A stretch of 64,000 nucleotides of DNA, taken from the NCBI GenBank assembly GCA_963775425.1, contig CAVZJB010000011.1:32001-96000 (forward strand). The letters run 5' to 3'. Each line of letters begins with the position of its first letter. Within the stretch, counting starts at the first letter, position 1. The stretch comes from an uncultured delta proteobacterium. GTDB lineage: Bacteria; Myxococcota; UBA727; VGSZ01. This document shows, piece after piece, positions 39,055-47,578 of this stretch. The notes under the pieces are model-generated. The model made no database searches and was not told the origin of the DNA. It worked only from the letters and a program-made list of their open reading frames with translations. A program made the translations under genes and the position numbers.

Positions 39055-40071
39055 TCACGGGGCGACGATGCGGCCCGGGGCGCCGTTGGCGCCGCTCTGC
39101 GTATGGCAGTGCAGACAGTTGCCGTCGCTCTGCGGCGTCGCCATCGCGACGGTGCGGCCGCCCGACGTCACGCGCGCGGTGTACGGCAGTCGATTCGCCG
39201 CGAGACCGTTGCGCGCGTAGAAGTTGCCCGCCGCGTTCGATTGCATCGTCGCCGCGACCACGCCGTTGTTGTCGAGGATCTCGACCGTGACGCCTTCGAC
39301 GCCGAGGCAGTCGTTTACGTCGTCGACGGCGGACATCACCGTGCCGGCGATGGCGAAGCGCGGGCCCTCGCCCTCGCCGCTCCTGTGGCAACCGATGCAG
39401 TCCACGCCCGGGTGCATGAGCGCCGACTCCTCGTTGCCGCCGTTCCACCACGCGCCGGAGCTGCACTGGCCGGCGCCCCCGCCGCTGCTCGTGAAGCCGC
39501 CGCCGCCCTCGCCGCCGCGCGGCCCGTCCTCGGAGAACCCGAGCGGCACGCCGCAGCCGGCGAGCGCGCCGGCGCCGAGGACGAGCGCCCCGAGCTTCGT
39601 GACGCCGCGCCGCGAGCGCCGGCGGAACAAGAGCGCGAGCAGTCCGAGGGGCAACGCGAACCAGGAGCTCGACGCCGTCGACGCGCAGCCGTACTGCACC
39701 GGGCCCGCCGCGCCGGCGACCGTCCCTCCTCCGCCCGCGCCGCCGCCCGCTCCGCCGCCGCCGGCGTCGGCGACGTTCGGATCGGTGCCGGCGTGCAGCT
39801 CGTTGACGTCGCTGACGCCGTCGCCGTCGCTGTCGGTGCCGTCGCGATCGAGGGCGTCGATGGCGCTCTGCAGCGCCTGCGGATCTTCGGCGACGAGCCC
39901 GCGCGCGATGAGCGCTCGCGCGAACGGCTTCTGCGCCGTGCCCGCGCTGCCGACGGCGCTTTGGTGGCAGAGATTGCAGGAGGGAGCGTTGTTGAGCATC
40001 AAGTAGCTCTGCAGGTCGCCCGGGAATTGCGGGCTGGCGGACAGGAGCAGCGTGACGACGAGCGGGTGCAT
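39055..40071 (-). CDS. Three-CxxCH c-type cytochrome: monoheme domain with internal MYXO-CTERM fused to a diheme lipoprotein domain
   Basis: CNLCH, DSDGDGVSD..E...GTDP, YGC...LGLLALLFRRRSRR, LAGC, MHPG.DCIGCH, CLHCH. Confidence 0.75.
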   Translation of the reverse strand: MHPLVVTLLLSASPQFPGDLQSYLMLNNAPSCNLCHQSAVGSAGTAQKPFARALIARGLVAEDPQALQSAIDALDRDGTDSDGDGVSDVNELHAGTDPNVADAGGGGAGGGAGGGGTVAGAAGPVQYGCASTASSSWFALPLGLLALLFRRRSRRGVTKLGALVLGAGALAGCGVPLGFSEDGPRGGEGGGGFTSSGGGAGQCSSGAWWNGGNEESALMHPGVDCIGCHRSGEGEGPRFAIAGTVMSAVDDVNDCLGVEGVTVEILDNNGVVAATMQSNAAGNFYARNGLAANRLPYTARVTSGGRTVAMATPQSDGNCLHCHTQSGANGAPGRIVAP

Positions 40072-40078
40072 GGGTGCC

Positions 40079-41260
40079 TCAGAGGTATGCGTGCAGTTGG
40101 AGGATCACGGCGAGCTCTCCCGCCGGCTTGCCGAGAGAGGGGAAGCTCTCGCGGTAAAGGGTGTCGAAGCGAAGCTCGGTGTGCGGCAGCGCGTACCAGG
40201 CGACCCCGGCCCACGCTCCGAACGTCGGCAACGACATGGTGCCGTCGGCGCGGTAGAGCGTTTCAAGCGCGGGCATGACGTGCACGCCCGGGATCACACT
40301 CCAGTCCGCCTGCAGGAACGCGGCGCTGCCGAGCGTGTCGTTGTTGATGAGGAGATCGCCTTCGCCGAGGAGCGCGAGCGTGTCGAGCGGCGCGTAGCGG
40401 GCGAAGACGCCGTGCGCCTGGCGCAACACTGGCACGCCGAGGTTGATGTCCTGTTGCGCGTACGTGACGAGGCTCGACGCGCCCACGCCGAGCTTGTCCG
40501 CGGGGAACAGCTCGACGCTGCCCGCGTAGCCCCGCTCGCGCACGGCGTCGGGGCGGATCTGATAGTTGCCGGCGATGCCCATCACCTCCGCGCGCAGGAG
40601 GTCGTTGGCGAAGGAGACGGAGACGCCGTGTTGCTGCCCGGTGTTGAAGTCGGTGCGTGTCTCGCTGCGCACGAAGCTGCTGTGCTCGACGTTGCGCAGG
40701 CCGAACGGCAGCGGCATGCGGCCGACGCGGAGCATGAGCGAGTCGTCGAAGAGCTTGAGCCCGAGCCAATGCTCGCGCGAGACGAGCGCGTTGTCGGGGC
40801 CGCCGTTCGGCGACCACAACACGGCGGGACCCACGGCGTGGGCGCCGTAGCCGAGCGAGGCGTGCGCGACGAACGGCGAGAGGTCGACGGTGGCCTCCGC
40901 GTCGAGGGCCATGACCAGCGGGTAGACGGCGACGGTCTGCGTGGCGAGCAGGAGGCCGCCGCCGCGGACGTTGGCGGAGACGTTCAACCACTCCGGCATT
41001 TGCGCGAGGCCGAAGAGCTGCTGGGACAAAGCAGACGGCTCGTCACCGGCCTCGGCGGGATCCGCGTGCCAGCGCACGAGGAGATCGCTCATGCCGCGGC
41101 CGTAGGCGGTGAGCTGTCCCGCGCCGCCGGGATCGACGTGGCAAGACGCACAGCTCGTGTAGCCGTGTGCGATCATCCACGGGTACGCCGTCGCCGGGCG
41201 TGCGGCGAACGCCATGACGACAGTGGCGATGAGGACGGCGGGTGTGAGTGCGGCGCGCAT
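40079..41260 (-). CDS. Monoheme cytochrome c fused to outer-membrane beta-barrel (Cyc2-like architecture)
   Basis: Signal peptide, YPWMIAHGYTSCASCH...LTAYGR, then amphipathic beta strands ending LQLHAYL. Confidence 0.75.
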   Translation of the reverse strand: MRAALTPAVLIATVVMAFAARPATAYPWMIAHGYTSCASCHVDPGGAGQLTAYGRGMSDLLVRWHADPAEAGDEPSALSQQLFGLAQMPEWLNVSANVRGGGLLLATQTVAVYPLVMALDAEATVDLSPFVAHASLGYGAHAVGPAVLWSPNGGPDNALVSREHWLGLKLFDDSLMLRVGRMPLPFGLRNVEHSSFVRSETRTDFNTGQQHGVSVSFANDLLRAEVMGIAGNYQIRPDAVRERGYAGSVELFPADKLGVGASSLVTYAQQDINLGVPVLRQAHGVFARYAPLDTLALLGEGDLLINNDTLGSAAFLQADWSVIPGVHVMPALETLYRADGTMSLPTFGAWAGVAWYALPHTELRFDTLYRESFPSLGKPAGELAVILQLHAYL

Positions 41261-41339
41261 GGGTTGCCTCGGCGTGCGCAATCAACGCGCGACGTCGAAA
41301 CATGTTGGCGGTGAGGCCGAGAGTGCTTATCCGCTAAGT

Positions 41340-41927
41340 GTGAATTCCGCGGATCATTCGACGCGTGCAGGATCGGCGACGCGCCGTGCCTGGGCGCTCC
41401 CGCTCATCTTCCTCACCGTCGCGGGCTTCGCGACGTGGGATCTGATCGAGGACATGGAGGAGGGGGAGAGCGCGGGACACGTCGCGCTCGAGGGCGTGCT
41501 CGTGGCGTGCGGGCTCGTCGGGCTCGCATGGGAGGGGCGGCGCTTCACGGAGGTGGTGCGGCGCTCGCATCGCCTCGCCGGCGAATCGCGCGTTCTCGCA
41601 CAACGGCTCGACGACACGGAGCGCGACGCTGCGCGCTGGCGCGAGCAAGCGCGCGACTTGCTCGAAGGGCTGAGCGGCGCCATCGATGATCAGCTCGAGC
41701 GTTGGGCGCTGTCGCCCGCCGAGAAGGAGACGGCGCTCCTCTTGCTGAAAGGCCTGAGCCACAGGGACGTCGCCGAGGTTCGCGGCGTCTCCGAGGCGAC
41801 GGCGCGGCAGCAGGCGCGCGCCTTGTACAAGAAGGCCGGCCTCGACGGCCGCCACGACCTGGCCGCGTTCTTCCTCGAGGATCTGCTCAGCGGGGTGGGC
41901 GACGCGCGGCGGCCGCGGGAGGCGTGA
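41340..41927 (+). CDS. Membrane-anchored LuxR-family HTH regulator
   Basis: Two TM helices, coiled coil, WALSPAEKE.ALLLLKGLS..DVA..RG.SE.TARQQA..LYKKAG. Confidence 0.85.
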   Translation: MNSADHSTRAGSATRRAWALPLIFLTVAGFATWDLIEDMEEGESAGHVALEGVLVACGLVGLAWEGRRFTEVVRRSHRLAGESRVLAQRLDDTERDAARWREQARDLLEGLSGAIDDQLERWALSPAEKETALLLLKGLSHRDVAEVRGVSEATARQQARALYKKAGLDGRHDLAAFFLEDLLSGVGDARRPREA

Positions 41928-42699
41928 GGGCGAGGCGCGCGACGGCGTCGGCGGTCTGCGGGGCGTCGACGATGCCGGTGTGGTCGACGCCGGGGACGTC
42001 GAGGTGCGTGACGGTCTCGCCGAGCGCGCGCAGCTTGCGCTCGAACGCGGCGGTCTGTGCGCGCATCGCGCGGTAGTCGTGCTCCGCCGTCACACAGACA
42101 AACGGGATGCCGAGGGGGCGCGCGACCGTGAGGGGCGACGCGGCGCCGAGCGCGCGCGGGTCGTCGCCGAAGGTGGGGGCGACGAACGCGCGGAAGCCGC
42201 CGTCGGGCTGGCCCTCGTCGAGCGGCTGCGCGAGCGAGAAGACGCCGGAGAGGAGCGCGAGCGCGCGAATGTCTCTCACCGAGCGACCACGCGCGGCGAG
42301 GAAGCGGGGATCGTACGCGAGCATCGCCGCCATCTGCGCGCCGGCCGAGTGGCCGGCGAGGATCAGCCGGCGCGGATCGCCGCCGACGTGGGCGGCGGCG
42401 TCGAGCGCGACGTCGACGGCGGCGGCCGCGTCCTCGGCCTCGTCGGGCCAGCGCGCGCGCGGCGTGAGGCGATAGCCGGCGACGGCGACGACGAAGCCGC
42501 GCCGCGCGAGCGCTTCGGCGAGCCGCGCGCCGTCGCGCCTGCCGCCATGCTGCCAGACGCCGCCGTGGAAGAAGACGACGACGGGCTTGCTCCGGCCCTC
42601 GCTCGCGTGGGCGTCGACGTAGAGGTCGAGCCTCTGCGCGGGGTCGGCGCCGTACGACAGCGTCGTCACCGCGATCCCGAGCGCGAGCAGCGGTCCCAT
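41887..42699 (-). CDS. Alpha/beta hydrolase (HSL-family esterase)
   Basis: FFHGG.W..G, GYRL.P, AGHSAG, DH. Confidence 0.85.
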   Translation of the reverse strand: MGPLLALGIAVTTLSYGADPAQRLDLYVDAHASEGRSKPVVVFFHGGVWQHGGRRDGARLAEALARRGFVVAVAGYRLTPRARWPDEAEDAAAAVDVALDAAAHVGGDPRRLILAGHSAGAQMAAMLAYDPRFLAARGRSVRDIRALALLSGVFSLAQPLDEGQPDGGFRAFVAPTFGDDPRALGAASPLTVARPLGIPFVCVTAEHDYRAMRAQTAAFERKLRALGETVTHLDVPGVDHTGIVDAPQTADAVARLALTPPAAAARRPPR

Positions 42700-42799
42700 A
42701 CGCTGCCTACGACCGGGCACCCCACCTGGTTCGCCGACGAGCCTCCGGCGGCATCCGCCTCACGAGCGATCAGCTCTCCGCGGGCCAGGGCGGGCGCGA

Positions 42800-43332
42800 C
42801 TCCTGCCGCGGCCGGCACCTGGTTCGTCTCCGTGAACGCCTACACCAACATCGCCGGCGGACGCGTCGTCGTCAGCGCGCGCGTGCCCTCGACGGGCGCT
42901 GCCGGCGACGGCCGCGCCATTGCGTCCGACGACTTCGCCTCGTCGACGTGGTCGGGCGGCGACGGCTTCGAAGGCGCGTGGACGCACTCGGGCGACGCCG
43001 TCGTGTCGAGCGGCGCGGCGTGCTTGCGCCAGAGCACCGGCGACATCCGCCGCGCCGTCGATGTCGGCGGCCAAAGCGGCCTCTCGCTCTCCTTCCAGGC
43101 GCGGGTGCAAGGCTTCGAAGCCGGTGACACCGCGTCCGTGAAGGTGAGCGCCGACGGCGGCGCGTTTCAGACCGTGACGACCTTCGGCGCCGGCGACAGC
43201 GACGACACGTACCACGCGGTGCACGTCGACCTCGGCGCCTTCGCCGGCGCGTCCACGTTGGTGATTCGCTTCGACGCGCAGATGTCGTCGGCGAGCGACA
43301 CGCTCTTTGTAGACGACGTCACCGTTCGCTGA
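42800..43332 (+). pseudogene. 5'-truncated fragment of a secreted protein (tail of a PPC-like domain plus jelly-roll domain)
   Basis: AAGTWFVSVNAYTN...ASDDF.S..WSGG.G...VS.DGG.F...LFVDDVTV with no plausible start or signal peptide between it and the divergent esterase. Confidence 0.55.
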
Positions 43333-43495
43333 CCCCAAGCGCGCCCCGAGCGGGCACGTCGCGGCCGCGCTCGCGGCGTGCTGTTTTCGCGCGGTGTCGT
43401 TGTGCGCGCTCACGCGTCACGGCGCTCCCAAGGGCGCTGTGGCCGCTCTGTGGGCGGGCGCGGGAGTTGCGTCTCCTCCGGCGAGGAGGTCGCGC

Positions 43496-43960
43496 ATGCA
43501 AACGCCCGGCATCACCTTTACGGTTTGCGCGCTTGCCGCGTGCGCTTCGCTCTCGGCCTGTGGCAGAGCATCCGCTCCGAGCCCGACGGCAAGCTCGGTG
43601 TCGCCGTTGTCGACGCCGGAAGAGCAGAGCCAGGACGTGCAGCCGATGCCGCGCGTCGATCGGGCCGCCGAGCCCGTGTCCAACCCCGACGTCAAGCTCA
43701 CGCGCCTCTACGGCAGCTACCGGCGCGTCCTCGAGCAGGCGAACCGCAAGGACAACCCGGGCCCCGGCGTCGCTCCGGTCGACGCCGCGGTCTTCGCGCA
43801 GCTCTGTGAGACCATCGGCAGGGGAGAGTCGCCGCGCGGCAGCGTCAACGACGCCACCGCGCAGTTCCTCGCGCGCAAGGAGGTCCGCGCGCAGTGCGCC
43901 GAGGTTGTGCGCCTCGGCCACGAGGCCGCGGAGCGGCGCGCCCCGCCTACTGAACGGTGA
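43496..43960 (+). CDS. Hypothetical lipoprotein
   Basis: RBS aggagg, lipobox LSAC. Confidence 0.6.
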   Translation: MQTPGITFTVCALAACASLSACGRASAPSPTASSVSPLSTPEEQSQDVQPMPRVDRAAEPVSNPDVKLTRLYGSYRRVLEQANRKDNPGPGVAPVDAAVFAQLCETIGRGESPRGSVNDATAQFLARKEVRAQCAEVVRLGHEAAERRAPPTER

Positions 43961-45518
43961 CGTCGAGGCCGTAGTTGAACACGTCGGCGCCCGGCTCCGG
44001 CGCCGGCGACGCGCCCACGCACACGAAGAAGGTGCCCGAGCTCTGCAGCGCGTCGGTGGTGGCGCTCGAGCAGAGGTTGCCGTTGGCGTTGTCGATGTCG
44101 TCGTTGTCGACGAGGTTGGTGATGCCGTCCGTGTCGAAGACGGTGACGAGGGAGTCGAGCTTGGCCGCGAGACAGCGTCCGTCGCCGCCGTCGGTGACCT
44201 CGGCGGTGATGGTCTGGCCGGCGTTGGCCGCGATGGAGACGCAGTCCTGATCGGTGTTCGGGAAGATCAAGCCCGTGTAGCCGGCCGCGAACGCGTTCAC
44301 GGTGACGGGCGGCGTGTCGTTGGGCTCCACCTCGGTGACGGTGCCGTTGGCGATGGTCAGCGTGTACGTGCCCTCGTCGGCCTGGGTGAACGCGTTCACG
44401 ACGAGCGTCACCGGTGTCCCCGCCGTGGCCGGCACGAAGAGCTGTTCATCCTCTCCGGTGCCGCCGTTGTCCGCGCAGATGAGCTCGCTGTCAGGATCGG
44501 CGCACGAGCTGCGCGCGAACACGCCCTGGTCCGTGGCGGACGACAGCGTGGCCTGGACGAACCCCGCCGACGCCGGCGTGAACGTCCAGACCTGCTCGGC
44601 GACCGGGTCCATGCAAGAAGACGCGATGACGCCGTCGGCGTTGGTGGTGTCGCCGTTGTTGGCGCCGACCGCCGCCGTCTGCGCCGCGACGCACGTGTCG
44701 ACGCAGCCGCTGGTGTCGAAGGTGCAGTCGGCGTTGCAGGCGAGCGTGCCGGTGGACTGCGGGAGCGCGTCGCTGCACACGCTGCCGGTGACGGGGTTGC
44801 CGTCGCACTGCTCGGCGCCGGTGACGTTGCCGTCGCCGCAGTTGCTCGCCGCGAACGCGACGTTGAGCGTATACGGCCCCGGGGCGGCGCCGTTGGTCGG
44901 GTCCACGAAGGTGTCGACGACGATGAACACGGCGGCGCCGCCGGCGACCTCGAAGACGCCGGTCTCGTCGGTGCCGCCGGCCGCGTTGTCGATGCAGTCG
45001 TCGCCGTTGCCGTCGGTCAACGCGGTGGCGCCGTCGGCGCAGGCGGTGCGGACGTAGAAGCCGAGATCGGTGGCGGCCGTGAGGGTGACGGTGAGCTCAC
45101 CGCCGTGGTCGGGGGTGAAGGCCCAGACCTGCTCGGCGCCGGTGGCGTCGTCGAGGCAGCCGTCGCCCACGAGATCGGTGGTCCCGCCCGTGGTGTCGCC
45201 GGCGTTGTCGCCGGTGACGGCGGTGAGGGGCGTGACACAGGCCGCGGGAGGCTCTCCTTCGCCTTCTCCTTCTCCTTCGCCTTCGCCCTCTCCTTCGCCC
45301 TCTCCTTCTCCTTCTCCTTCGCCTTCGCCCTCTCCTTCGCCTTCGCCCTCGCCTTCTCCTTCGCCCTCTCCTTCCCCTTCGCCCTCGCCTTCGCCTTCAC
45401 CCTCGCCTTCGCCGACGTCGCCCTCGCCTTCGCCTTCGCCTTCGCCGGGCGCGGGGCAGCCGGTGAAGAGCCACGGGGAGACGAACAGAGCCAGGACGAG
45501 GAGACGAACGCGCAGCAT
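43947..45518 (-). CDS. (GE)n lipoprotein with PPC-like domains and a Cys-rich (DUF4215-like) module
   Basis: Lipobox FTGC, GE repeat, two EQVW.FTP...G modules, CGDGNV...EQCD, EVEPND. Confidence 0.8.
   Translation of the reverse strand: MLRVRLLVLALFVSPWLFTGCPAPGEGEGEGEGDVGEGEGEGEGEGEGEGEGEGEGEGEGEGEGEGEGEGEGEGEGEGEGEGEGEGEGEPPAACVTPLTAVTGDNAGDTTGGTTDLVGDGCLDDATGAEQVWAFTPDHGGELTVTLTAATDLGFYVRTACADGATALTDGNGDDCIDNAAGGTDETGVFEVAGGAAVFIVVDTFVDPTNGAAPGPYTLNVAFAASNCGDGNVTGAEQCDGNPVTGSVCSDALPQSTGTLACNADCTFDTSGCVDTCVAAQTAAVGANNGDTTNADGVIASSCMDPVAEQVWTFTPASAGFVQATLSSATDQGVFARSSCADPDSELICADNGGTGEDEQLFVPATAGTPVTLVVNAFTQADEGTYTLTIANGTVTEVEPNDTPPVTVNAFAAGYTGLIFPNTDQDCVSIAANAGQTITAEVTDGGDGRCLAAKLDSLVTVFDTDGITNLVDNDDIDNANGNLCSSATTDALQSSGTFFVCVGASPAPEPGADVFNYGLDVTVQ
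45253..45447 (-). repeat. (GE)n coding repeat
   Basis: ttcgcc/ctctcc units on the plus strand. Confidence 0.95.
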
Positions 45519-45630
45519 GGGACCTCCGGAGGACGGCGGACCCTCACCGCGAATGGACGTTCGGGCAAGCCCCCGATCGCCCGATGTCAGGCCGGCGGGC
45601 GGGAGCGAAACGCCCCATCCGCCCGCGTCG

Positions 45631-46377
45631 TCAGCGCAGGGTCTCGGCGAACAGGCGGAGCACGCGCTCGACGTGCTGCTCGCCCGCGGCCGCGTCATAG
45701 GCGGGGGTGTCGAGGACGGCGAAGCCGTGGGCCTTGCCCGGATACAGCTCGATCTCGTGCGCCACGCCCGCGGCGGAGAGCGCCTGCTCGAGCGCGGCCC
45801 GCTGCTCGGGGGTGCAGGAGCGGTCGTTGTCGGCGCAGCCGAAGTAGAGCCTGGCGGAGATGTCGCGGGCCTTCCTGTGCGGGCTGTTGGGATCGTCGGT
45901 GACGGGGTTTCCGCCGTGGATGGACGCGGCCGCGGCGAGGCGGTCGGGGTACGCCGCCGCCGAGCGGAAGGCGAGGGTGCCGCCCATGCAGTAGCCGACG
46001 GCGCCGGCCTTGCCTGCCTTGACCTCGGGGATCTTCCCGAGCGCGTCGAGGTAGAGGCCGACGTCGCGGATCGTGGGCGCCGGATCCTTCATGCTCGCGA
46101 GGAGGTTCATGAGGCGCGTGCGCTCCCCTTCGTCGGTCCACACCACCTTCGGGTCGAACGGCTTGAAGTCGCCTGCGCGGTAAAGGAGGTTCGGCACCAT
46201 CACGAAGTAGCCGGCGTCGGCGAAGCGTGCGGCCATGGTCTCGAGCGCTTCGCGCATGCCCATCGCGTCCATGAAGAAGATCACGGCGGGCCAGGGGCCC
46301 TGGCCGTCGGGGTGATGGGTGCTGGCCTTGACGACGCCGTCGGGCGTCTTGATCTCGATGGAGCCTCGAACCGTCAT
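45631..46377 (-). CDS. Dienelactone hydrolase family protein
   Basis: FMDAMG.R, GAVGYCMGG, A..D, YPG..HGFA. Confidence 0.92.
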   Translation of the reverse strand: MTVRGSIEIKTPDGVVKASTHHPDGQGPWPAVIFFMDAMGMREALETMAARFADAGYFVMVPNLLYRAGDFKPFDPKVVWTDEGERTRLMNLLASMKDPAPTIRDVGLYLDALGKIPEVKAGKAGAVGYCMGGTLAFRSAAAYPDRLAAAASIHGGNPVTDDPNSPHRKARDISARLYFGCADNDRSCTPEQRAALEQALSAAGVAHEIELYPGKAHGFAVLDTPAYDAAAGEQHVERVLRLFAETLR

Positions 46378-46901
46378 TTCCCCACTACCTCCGCGGTGAC
46401 GTGAAAGTTGGCGTCGACGTGCACGGTGGTGGTCTCCGCGGGGTGGCGGGCGGTGACGTCGGCGGTGATGGACATGCTCTTCGCCTTCACATACGGCGCG
46501 AGCTCGACGTCGTCGAGGTCGCAGTCGAACACGCGCACGCCGTCAGGGACGTCCTTGTGCGCGACCTCGGCCTTGTCGACGCCGTCGGCGGCGGCGGAGA
46601 ACGCGATCTTGTCGAGGAAGTCGAAGTTGCCGTCGACGGGCTCCGTCACCGAGAGCGTGAGCTTGGTGAGCTTGGTGGACGTGACCTGATCCTTGCGCGT
46701 GTCGTTGTCCTGGAACTGCTGCGACTGCGACAGGTCCATGGTGACGAACGAGCCGAAGCCGAAGCCGTCGAGCACCTGCTCGAGGAGCGAGCCCTTGTCG
46801 ACGGTGGTGTCTCCCGAGACGGGCACGTCAAAGTCCACCGTGGGGACGCAGCCGCCGCAGATGACGGCGGCGGCGCACGCGAAGAGCCGGCGCACGCTCA
46901 C
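46374..46901 (-). CDS. Hypothetical lipoprotein
   Basis: Lipobox CGGC; overlaps both neighbours by 4 bp. Confidence 0.7.
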   Translation of the reverse strand: MSVRRLFACAAAVICGGCVPTVDFDVPVSGDTTVDKGSLLEQVLDGFGFGSFVTMDLSQSQQFQDNDTRKDQVTSTKLTKLTLSVTEPVDGNFDFLDKIAFSAAADGVDKAEVAHKDVPDGVRVFDCDLDDVELAPYVKAKSMSITADVTARHPAETTTVHVDANFHVTAEVVGK

Positions 46902-47410
46902 CCCGCGCCCGCGAGGTAATCGATCTTGCCAAGCTCGACGCCGTTGTGGCGGAGGATCGAGTACGCCGTGGTGGTGTGAAAGAAGAAGTTGGCGAGCGCG
47001 AAGGTGCGCACGTACTCGAGACCGTTCTTGAAGCGGCGCTCGTGGCGACCGGTGTTGTAGACGATCTCGCGATCCTCACTGCCGTCGAGCGTCGCCGCCT
47101 GGATGCCGTCGAGGAACGCCACGGTCTTGTCGATCCGGGCCTGCAGCTCCGCGAGCGTCTGCTCCGTGTCCTCGTAGCGCGGGACCTCGATGCCGGCGAG
47201 CCGAGCCACACAGCCCTTGGCGTTGTCCGACGACGACTGGATCTGGCGGGAGAACGGGAACATGTCCGGCGCCAGGCGCATCCCCATGAGGATGCCCGGG
47301 TCGAACTTCTTTTTCTCCGCGTGCTCGACCGCCTTGTCGATCCAGACGCGGCTGTTCTTGAGCATGCGGGTGAAGACGGGGACCGTGAGGTCGTAGAGGG
47401 AGGTCGTCAT
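46898..47410 (-). CDS. DUF1993 family protein
   Basis: RLAPDMFPF..QIQ, ARLAG, NFFFHTTTAYSILRHNGVELGK.DYL. Confidence 0.92.
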   Translation of the reverse strand: MTTSLYDLTVPVFTRMLKNSRVWIDKAVEHAEKKKFDPGILMGMRLAPDMFPFSRQIQSSSDNAKGCVARLAGIEVPRYEDTEQTLAELQARIDKTVAFLDGIQAATLDGSEDREIVYNTGRHERRFKNGLEYVRTFALANFFFHTTTAYSILRHNGVELGKIDYLAGAG

Positions 47411-47578
47411 ATGGTCGGTGCGTAACGCCGCGACGTCCGCGGCGCCAGCGGGGACCGCCGTGCCCCGCGACGAACGGCGTCGCCCGCTGTAGCCTCGGGG
47501 CATGATCGACCTGCCCACGGCGCCGCTCGGCGCCCACCTGGACACCCCGGAGGCGCGCGGCCGCAGGGGCGACGCGGG

